Shown here in pieces: positions 10,061 to 16,652 of a DNA stretch of 64,000 bases; positions within the stretch are counted from its first letter, which is position 1; each line of letters begins with the position of its first letter. Below the pieces are notes generated by a model. It had not been told where the DNA came from and did not search any database. It worked only from the letters and a program-made list of their open reading frames with translations. The position numbers and the translations under genes were made by a program. The stretch comes from a bacterium (GTDB lineage: Bacteria > Planctomycetota > B15-G4): assembly GCA_030428785.1 (NCBI GenBank), contig JAUIEF010000002.1, forward strand, positions 18,892-82,891. The letters are read 5' to 3'.

Positions 10061-10936
10061 ATGATCCCCGTCGACCTCGCCGAGGTGCTCGAGTCGCTCG
10101 CCGACCCGCGCATGCGGCACGCGGCCGTCGTGCACCTGCCGGTGGCGGCCGGCGTGCTGGGGCTCCCGCTCGTCACGGCCTGGCTGCTCACGCGCGGCCG
10201 GTCGTCGGCGCTGCGCGGGTGCATCGTCGTCCTCTACGGGTCGACGGTGCTCGCCGCGCTCGTCGCCGCGGACAGCGGCGACGCGGCGCGGGCTCTCGCG
10301 GGCGGCGCGGGCGTCGAGGCGCTCGCGGTCGTCGCGGAGCACGCCGCGTGGGCGCGCTGGGTGTGGGCGACGGCGCTCGTCCCCGTGCTCGGCGCGCTCG
10401 CGTGGCGGTCGTCGCGCTGCCGCCGGTGGTCGAGGCTCGTCGTGGGCGCCGGCGCGCTCGCCTGCGCCGCGCACACGGGGCTCGTCGGGCACCTCGGCGG
10501 GACCGCCGTCTACGCGCACGGTGTCGGCATGCCGCGCGCGCTCGCGGGCGACCTCGACGGTCCCGCGAACCGTGCCGCGGCCGCGGGCGGGTCGCTCGCC
10601 GCGCACGCCGCGACGTCGTCCGTCGACCAGTCGACCGCGGAGACGCCCGTGACGTTCCCGCGCGACGTGCGCCCGATCCTCGAGACGTCGTGCACCGGCT
10701 GCCACGCGCCGCCCGCGCCCGCGAGCGGCCTCGACCTCACGTCGCTCGACGCGCTGCTCCGCGGCGGACGGCGCGGACCGGCCGTCGTCCCGGGCGACGC
10801 GGAGGACAGCCGGCTCTGGCGCGCCGCCGCCTGGACGGACGACGAGCTCCGCATGCCGCCCGAGGGCGACCGGCTCACGGAGGCGCGGCTCGACACGCTG
10901 CGCCGCTGGATCGAGGACGGCGCGCCCGCGGAGTGA
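10061..10936 (+). CDS. membrane-anchored c-type cytochrome with PSCyt1 (planctomycete cytochrome c) C-terminal domain
   Basis: Four predicted N-terminal TM helices with His residues. C-terminal CTGCHAPPAPASGLDLTSLDALLRGGRRGPAVVPGDAEDSRLW...MPPEGDRLTEARLDTLRRWIEDGAP matches the PSCyt1 signature. Confidence 0.75.
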   Translation: MIPVDLAEVLESLADPRMRHAAVVHLPVAAGVLGLPLVTAWLLTRGRSSALRGCIVVLYGSTVLAALVAADSGDAARALAGGAGVEALAVVAEHAAWARWVWATALVPVLGALAWRSSRCRRWSRLVVGAGALACAAHTGLVGHLGGTAVYAHGVGMPRALAGDLDGPANRAAAAGGSLAAHAATSSVDQSTAETPVTFPRDVRPILETSCTGCHAPPAPASGLDLTSLDALLRGGRRGPAVVPGDAEDSRLWRAAAWTDDELRMPPEGDRLTEARLDTLRRWIEDGAPAE

Positions 10937-11093
10937 GCGCGGGGGAGCGGCGCTCGTGGTCCGACGCGGGCCGACGTCGGTGCGGGCCGCGGCACCGCCC
11001 GCCGGGAGGTCGTCCGGTCCGCCCCAACAGACGCCGGGCCTCCTCGTAACCCGGGCCGCGCCCCGGGGGGCGCCGACCCGGAGGAGGACCCGC

Positions 11094-11441
11094 ATGATCC
11101 CGTCGCCGAACCGACCCGCGGTGCGCCGCGCGTTCACCGCCCTCGCCCTGTCCGCGCTCGTCGCGCTCCCGGCCTGCGCGCTCGGCGCGTCCGGCGAGCG
11201 CGCGATGACCGACGCCGAGCTCCGCACGCACGACGAGCGGATCTGCCCGTCGCTCCAGGCGTCCACCATGTGCGAGGGCGTGTTCGCCGTGCCGTCCGAG
11301 GACGACCCGTCGCGGCACCGCCTGCGCTTCGTCGACGGCCAGGTCTCGCGCAACGACTCCTGCATGATCCGGCTCGGCAACCGGCTCAACCCGAAGGTCC
11401 CGCCGATGTACGTGAACGGCGAGCCCGTCGGCTTCTGCTGA
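11094..11441 (+). CDS. small lipoprotein whose YHS-like domain is cut by an in-frame TGA
   Basis: ATG at 11094 with GGAGGAGG upstream; lipobox ALPAC. C-terminal DSCMIRLGNRLNPKVPPMYVNGEPVGFC fits the first half of a YHS motif (DPVCGM...YkGktYYFC), then TGA. Confidence 0.55.
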   Translation: MIPSPNRPAVRRAFTALALSALVALPACALGASGERAMTDAELRTHDERICPSLQASTMCEGVFAVPSEDDPSRHRLRFVDGQVSRNDSCMIRLGNRLNPKVPPMYVNGEPVGFC

Positions 11442-11807
11442 GTGCCCTGCCCCGACGTCTTCGTGCAGGACGTCCCCGCCTCGCTCGCCCGCAAGGGCAT
11501 GACCTGGGCCTGCTACATGGACCCGTCGCGCCCGGCCGCCCTCGACCCGGCGCTCGCCGTGCGCGTGAACCACGAGACCTACCTCTTCGCCGACTCCGCC
11601 GCGCGCGAGCGCTTCCGCGAGGACGTCGTGCGCTACTGCGGCCTGCTCACCGACCCCGTGTCCAAGCGTCGCTTCCGGCCGACGCAGGACTCGCCCGGCG
11701 CGACGGACCCCGAGACGGACGTCGACTACTGGTTCGAGGACGAGGAGACGCGCGACGCCTTCGTCGCGGACCCCGCGGCGTACCGGCTGCCGGGGTGGCG
11801 GATGTAG
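11442..11807 (+). CDS. in-frame continuation of the lipoprotein after the TGA: rest of YHS motif 1 plus a second, Cys-less YHS-like domain
   Basis: Same reading frame as 11094-11441. VPCPDVFVQDVP completes F-C-[TGA]-x-x-C-x-x-x-F (canonical FCSEECKEKF). A second YHS-like unit follows: ACYMDPS...NHETYLFADSAARERFREDVVRY. Confidence 0.5.
   Translation: MPCPDVFVQDVPASLARKGMTWACYMDPSRPAALDPALAVRVNHETYLFADSAARERFREDVVRYCGLLTDPVSKRRFRPTQDSPGATDPETDVDYWFEDEETRDAFVADPAAYRLPGWRM
11454..11474 (+). other. stem-loop beginning 12 nt downstream of the in-frame TGA (SECIS-like position)
   Basis: GACGUC-uucgugcag-GACGUC gives a 6-bp perfect stem with a 9-nt loop containing GU. Spacing to the UGA resembles bacterial SECIS elements. 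Confidence 0.3.
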
Positions 11808-11808
11808 C

Positions 11809-12606
11809 TCACCTCTCTCGCGCGAGCGCGCCGAGGTGGGTCTCCCACGCGACGTCGTCGTCGTGCGAGTGCGTGAAGCCGATCGAGCGCTCGTAGGCGA
11901 CGGTCGCCGCCGTGCGGAACGCGATCACGTAGGTCCGGCGCCAGCGGTCGGTCGCGTTGCCGGGCGAGCCGTGAACGATGCGCTCGTCGTGCACGGTCAC
12001 GTCGCCGCGGCGCACGGGGAGCGGGACGACCTCGTCGGCGTCAGTGAGCTCGGCGGCGAGCACGTGCGAGCGGTCGCGCGACGCGTGCGCGGGCCGGTGC
12101 GGCCGGAGCGTCGGCTCGCGCTGCGACCCCGGCACGACGCGCAGGCAGCCCGTCGCCTCGTCGGCGTCGTCGAGCGCGAGCGAGAAGGTCGCCGTCGTCG
12201 TGTCGGGCGTGCCCGTCGGCCAGTAGCCGAGGTCCTGGTGCCACGCGAAGACGGCGTCCGTGCGCCCCGGCTTCTTCACGAGGAACTGGTCGTAGTCGAG
12301 CGTCGCCGTCTCCCCGACGAGCCGCCGCGCCCAGCCGGCCGCGCGCGTCTCGTAGCCGTTGCCCTGCAGCGACGGCAGGTAGCGCCGCGGCAGCATCGCG
12401 TTGACGATCGCGAACTCCTCGAACGGCCGGTCGTAGGGCCCGCTCATGTCGCAGAGGTCGCGCCCCATGTCCGGGACCTCGTTCCGCAGGAAGCGCTGGA
12501 CCGCATCGTCGAGCACCGCGAGCACGTCCTCCGGCACGGCGTCGCGCAGCACGAGGTACCCGTCGCGACGGAAGGCGGCGACGTCGGCGTCGGTGAGGTC
12601 GGTCAC
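11809..12606 (-). CDS. phytanoyl-CoA dioxygenase (PhyH) family Fe(II)/2-oxoglutarate oxygenase
   Basis: Motifs FAWHQDLGYW (HxD) and RIVHGSPGN (distal His). The first 48 codons of the ORF are R/P-rich. The proposed GTG start at 12606 overlaps the stop of the upstream gene (GTGA). Confidence 0.7.
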   Translation of the reverse strand: MTDLTDADVAAFRRDGYLVLRDAVPEDVLAVLDDAVQRFLRNEVPDMGRDLCDMSGPYDRPFEEFAIVNAMLPRRYLPSLQGNGYETRAAGWARRLVGETATLDYDQFLVKKPGRTDAVFAWHQDLGYWPTGTPDTTTATFSLALDDADEATGCLRVVPGSQREPTLRPHRPAHASRDRSHVLAAELTDADEVVPLPVRRGDVTVHDERIVHGSPGNATDRWRRTYVIAFRTAATVAYERSIGFTHSHDDDVAWETHLGALARER

Positions 12607-13061
12607 GGGGGGCCGTCCGACTCTCCGAGGGCGTCCAGGTCGGCGAGGTCCTTCGGCCGGCCGCTCGCCCGCTTGTTCCGGACGAGCTCGTCGCGGCCGA
12701 GGAACGGGACCTCCAGACCGTCGACGTCGTGCGAGGTCCTCGACTCCCACGCCGCGGCGAACGACAGCCCGCTCACCTCGGTGAGGACGTCGATCCTCCG
12801 CGGCGGGAGCCCGATCTGGACGACCACCCCCGGCGCCTGCAGGTCGTCGACGGAGACGCCCAGCTGCTCGACCGGGGCGCCGAACCGTCGCAGCGCCGCG
12901 AGGACCCGCTCGGCGTTCGATGCGTCCCGGTCGACCCAGACGTCCAGGTCTCCCGTCGCCCGCGGCACGCCGTGCACGGCCAAGGCATGCGCGCCGACGA
13001 CGAGGAACCGGACGCCCTCGCCGAGGAGGGCCGCCAGCAGGTCGCGGAAGTCCTCGTTCAA
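12603..13061 (-). CDS. minimal nucleotidyltransferase-fold protein (MNT-like; hG[GS]x9-13Dh[DE]h)
   Basis: FLVVGAHALAVHGVPRATGDLDVWV (G-x(11)-D-x-D) plus a downstream acidic RRIDVL. About 150 aa, typical of toxin-antitoxin or defence-type NTases. Confidence 0.65.
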   Translation of the reverse strand: MNEDFRDLLAALLGEGVRFLVVGAHALAVHGVPRATGDLDVWVDRDASNAERVLAALRRFGAPVEQLGVSVDDLQAPGVVVQIGLPPRRIDVLTEVSGLSFAAAWESRTSHDVDGLEVPFLGRDELVRNKRASGRPKDLADLDALGESDGPP

Positions 13062-13068
13062 GGGCGGC

Positions 13069-13323
13069 TCAGGAGACCCGGCGCAGGAGCTTGCGGACGG
13101 GCGCCTCCGATCGGGGGTAGTCCGGCAGGCGGTCGCCGGTGAGCGTCCAGAGTTCGCGCGTCAGCTCCGCCACCATGGCGAGCCGCTCCTCCGCCGTCGT
13201 CGTGGCGCTCAGGTCGTCGGACGGTTCTTCGCCGAGCGCAAAGCTCCGGACGGGCCACATCCGGCGCCGGGACGCCCGGCGATCCGCGTCGTCACGAGGC
13301 GTCTCTCCCGGGCCGTGCGGCAT
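13069..13323 (-). CDS. small hypothetical protein, possible partner of the NTase
   Basis: 84-aa ORF 7 nt upstream of the NTase start on the same strand. No recognisable domain. Start uncertain (13323 or 13260). Confidence 0.4.
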   Translation of the reverse strand: MPHGPGETPRDDADRRASRRRMWPVRSFALGEEPSDDLSATTTAEERLAMVAELTRELWTLTGDRLPDYPRSEAPVRKLLRRVS

Positions 13324-13399
13324 GGGACGAGTCTAGCATCCGTGACGTGTTCCCAGGTCGCTCGCGCCGGCACATCGAACCCGGGGATCGCCGCGGCCC

Positions 13400-14740
13400 C
13401 TACCCCGCGAACGCGTCCGCCAGCGCCTGCGCGATGCCGATCGACAGCAGCCGGTTGCCCTCCGCCCCGAAGTGGCAGCAGACGTCGGCGTAGAGCGGCT
13501 CCTCGACGTCGGCGAACACGCCGCTCAGGTCGCGGAAGACGACGCCGTCCGCGACGAGTCGCTCGCCGGCCTCGCGCAGCAGCGGGTAGCCCCGCTCGAC
13601 CGCCGGCTTGTACGGCGACTCCTCCTGGTACGCGACCTCGCGCTCGGCGTCCGAGAGCGGCTTGCTGCCCGGGTCGTACTGGTTGGGCTGCAGCACGTGC
13701 ACGTAGCGGATGCCGTGCGCGCGGCAGACGGCGTCGAGCTGGCGCGAGGCGCGCTCCCAGACGCGCGCGCCCTCGTCGACGAGCTCCTCCATCGGCGCGT
13801 GGTCGCGCTCCGGGCCGCGCACGAACCACGGCACCTCGTCGGGGACGCTCACCTCCGCGAGCTCCGCCTCGTAGGCGGCGAGCCGGTCGGTCGCCGCACG
13901 ATCACGGCGCTCGGCGAGCAGCCGCGCGAGCGGCGACCACGTCCACGACGACCCGACGAAGGCCGCCGCCGCCTCGCGCCGCTCGCGCGTCACGTGCTCG
14001 ATCGCACCGACGAGCCGCCGCACGCGGAGGTCCGGCACGTCGAGCGCGACCATGCTCCAGTTCATGGGGTAGAGCGGGTGCGTGCCACGCGGCGCGTTGA
14101 GCACGGGCCCGACGGCGATCTCGTTGAAGCCGTCGAGGTTCACGAAGGCGTCGAACTCCGCGCCCTGCGCGAGGAGCCAGTTGAGCAGCAGCGCCTGCTG
14201 CGGCTGGTGGTAGCCGGGCATGCCGAGCCACACGAACTCGAGCTCCTTCTCGGCGAACGCCTCGTGCGCGCGGAGCGCCGTCTCGAGGAACGCGCCGTGG
14301 AAGCTGCCGAGCTGTCCGGCGACCGACCCGCCCGTGAGCCCGATGACGAGCTTGCCAGGGCTGCGCTCGCGGAACACCGAGCCCGCGCAGAGGAAGCCCT
14401 CCTCCGAGATGGGCAGCATGGTCGGCGTCCCGTCCGCCGGCGGCACGTACACGAACCCCAGATAAGGATGCACCGTCTGCCCCGGGTCGCGGAACCCGAG
14501 CCCGGCCTGCTCGCGCGCGGCGCGCAGCTCCTCGGCGGGCATCTCGCGCGCCGCCTCCTCGAAGGGCTGCACGACCTCCGGCGACCACGCGAGCTGCACG
14601 ACGAGCTCGAGCAGCCCGTACGCGACGGCCAGGGCGACGAGCGCGAGGAGCGGCGTGCGCGCGGAGCGGGTCGACGCGACGGGGCGGACCGCGGTCGGCC
14701 CGGCGGACGGGGAGGCGGAGGCGTCGTGCGCGGTGTCCAT
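13400..14740 (-). CDS. membrane-anchored SGNH/GDSL-like hydrolase or acyltransferase (DltD/AlgJ-like)
   Basis: N-terminal signal-anchor helix; LVIGLTGGSVAG block. C-terminal ADVCCHFGAEGNRLL resembles the SGNH DxxH block. ATG at 14740 chosen after R/P-rich leader. Confidence 0.5.
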   Translation of the reverse strand: MDTAHDASASPSAGPTAVRPVASTRSARTPLLALVALAVAYGLLELVVQLAWSPEVVQPFEEAAREMPAEELRAAREQAGLGFRDPGQTVHPYLGFVYVPPADGTPTMLPISEEGFLCAGSVFRERSPGKLVIGLTGGSVAGQLGSFHGAFLETALRAHEAFAEKELEFVWLGMPGYHQPQQALLLNWLLAQGAEFDAFVNLDGFNEIAVGPVLNAPRGTHPLYPMNWSMVALDVPDLRVRRLVGAIEHVTRERREAAAAFVGSSWTWSPLARLLAERRDRAATDRLAAYEAELAEVSVPDEVPWFVRGPERDHAPMEELVDEGARVWERASRQLDAVCRAHGIRYVHVLQPNQYDPGSKPLSDAEREVAYQEESPYKPAVERGYPLLREAGERLVADGVVFRDLSGVFADVEEPLYADVCCHFGAEGNRLLSIGIAQALADAFAG

Positions 14741-14941
14741 GGGTCGGTCCTCGCGGGAGGCGGATCGGTGCGGCGCGCGGCGGTCTGCGCGGGTGTCGGC
14801 GTCGCGCGTCGCCTCCACGCGCCGCGCCGTCGCCGAGGCGCGTCACTCTAGGCGACGGCCCGCGCGGCGGGGCGCCGTCCACTCTCTCGTCAAAGGTGGA
14901 CGGCTCCCCGGCACAATGGGCGCCCCGTCCCGGAGACCGCC

Positions 14942-16258
14942 ATGTCGCGCACCCCGACCGCCCTCGTCCTCGCGCTCGTCGCGCTCACGACCCTCGCGCC
15001 CGACGCCGCGCCGCAGGAGGCGCGCCGCCGCTGGGAGCGGCTCAACCAGATCCGGCGCGACAAGTTCGACCACGTGCTGCCGGCCGTCATGCGCGAGCAC
15101 GGCGTCGACATGTGGATCACGATGATCCGCGAGGCGAACCACGGCAGCTTCCGCCTCGACCTCGGCGAGGGCTACGCGGCGACGGACGGCTTCTACGTGT
15201 TCACGGACCGCGGCGGGGACCGCATCGAGCGCGCGGCGCTCGGGATCGACGGGCCGCTCATGGAGCGCAACGGCGCGTACGACCTCTTCCTCCCCGCCGA
15301 CGCGCTCGCGGGGTTCGTCGCGGAGCGTGACCCAGCGACGATCGCCGTGAACACCTCGCGCGCGATCGGCCCGGCGGACGACCTCTCGCACACGGGCTGG
15401 GAGCAGCTCGTCGAGACGCTCGGCGAGACCTACGCCGCGCGGCTCGTGTCGGGCGAGGCGTTCCTCTCCGATTTCCGCGGGCGGCGCACGGCGTCGGAGA
15501 TCGCGGCCTTCGCGGAGGCGGGCGAGATCTCGCGCGAGCTCGCCGAGCGCGCGCTGTCGAACGAGGTCATCACGCCGGACGTCACGACGCTCGAGGACGT
15601 CGCGTGGTGGCTGCTCGACCGGCTGCTCGAGCGCGGGCTCGGCAGCAGCTTCGGCATGCCGAGCATCTACGTCACCGGGCCGGACGGCATCGTGGCCGTG
15701 TCGACGGACCGCGTCATCCGCCGCGGCGACGTGCTCATGATCGACTGGGGCGTCGGGCACCTCGGGTTCTTCACGGACATGAAGCGCATCGCCTACGTGC
15801 TGCGCGAGGGCGAGGAGCGGGCGCCGGCGTCGTTCCGGCACGCGTTCGAGCGGGCCGTCGCGGCGCGCGACGTCATCACGCGCACGCTGCGACCCGGCCG
15901 CACCGCCGCGGAGGCCGAGGCCGAGGTGCACGCCGCGCTCGAGGCCGCGGGCTTCGTGAACATCCCGTTCAACGAGCCGACGCGCGACCCGGACACGACG
16001 GACGTCGTCATCGGCTGCCACTCGGTCGGCAACACGGGGCACGGCATCGGCCCGTCGGTCGCGTTCTTCAACCCGGTGCGCCGCGGCTACCCGTTGCGCG
16101 CGACGAACCTGCTCTCCATCGAGCTCTTCGCGTACACGTCGATCCCCGAGTGGGGCGGCAACAAGCTGCGCGTCCCGCTCGAGGACGACGCCGTCGTCAC
16201 GGAGCGCGGCGTCGAGTGGCTCTACCCGGCGAACGAACGGCTGCTGCTCGTGCGGTGA
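14942..16258 (+). CDS. secreted M24-family Xaa-Pro aminopeptidase/prolidase
   Basis: Signal peptide; creatinase-like N-domain. M24 metal ligands: DVLMIDWGVGHLGFFTDMKR, GCHSVGNTGHGIG, LLSIELF. Confidence 0.85.
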   Translation: MSRTPTALVLALVALTTLAPDAAPQEARRRWERLNQIRRDKFDHVLPAVMREHGVDMWITMIREANHGSFRLDLGEGYAATDGFYVFTDRGGDRIERAALGIDGPLMERNGAYDLFLPADALAGFVAERDPATIAVNTSRAIGPADDLSHTGWEQLVETLGETYAARLVSGEAFLSDFRGRRTASEIAAFAEAGEISRELAERALSNEVITPDVTTLEDVAWWLLDRLLERGLGSSFGMPSIYVTGPDGIVAVSTDRVIRRGDVLMIDWGVGHLGFFTDMKRIAYVLREGEERAPASFRHAFERAVAARDVITRTLRPGRTAAEAEAEVHAALEAAGFVNIPFNEPTRDPDTTDVVIGCHSVGNTGHGIGPSVAFFNPVRRGYPLRATNLLSIELFAYTSIPEWGGNKLRVPLEDDAVVTERGVEWLYPANERLLLVR

Positions 16259-16301
16259 GCGCGGTCAGGAGCCCGACGCCGCGGCGTCGTCCCGGGCCAC
16301 G

Positions 16302-16577
16302 TCAGTCGTCCGGCGACCAGCCGTAGGCCGCGCGGGTCAGCTCCGGACCCAGCTTCAGCGCGAGCAGGCGCATGCGCCGCTCCTCCTCGTCGGCGTCCGG
16401 ATACCGTTCCGCGATACCCGCCAGCGCGAAGGCGTCCGCCCTCCGGTTGAGCGTCCGGACGATCTCGAGCTTCCGCGCCGGCGTCATGCGGCGGTAGCAG
16501 GCCGTCTGGACGGCGAGCGCCTCGGCGCTCGTATCGCGCGCGTGCGGGTCGGCGGGGTCTGCGGACAGGGCGTCCAT
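16302..16577 (-). CDS. small hypothetical protein
   Basis: 91-aa ORF with protein-like composition, located downstream of the kinase on the same strand. No domain recognised. Confidence 0.3.
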   Translation of the reverse strand: MDALSADPADPHARDTSAEALAVQTACYRRMTPARKLEIVRTLNRRADAFALAGIAERYPDADEEERRMRLLALKLGPELTRAAYGWSPDD

Positions 16578-16652
16578 GCGCGCATCGTATCAGCCCGACG
16601 AACGGCCGCCATCGGACGGGATGTGACGGCCCGCGGGAGCGCGACGTCGACG

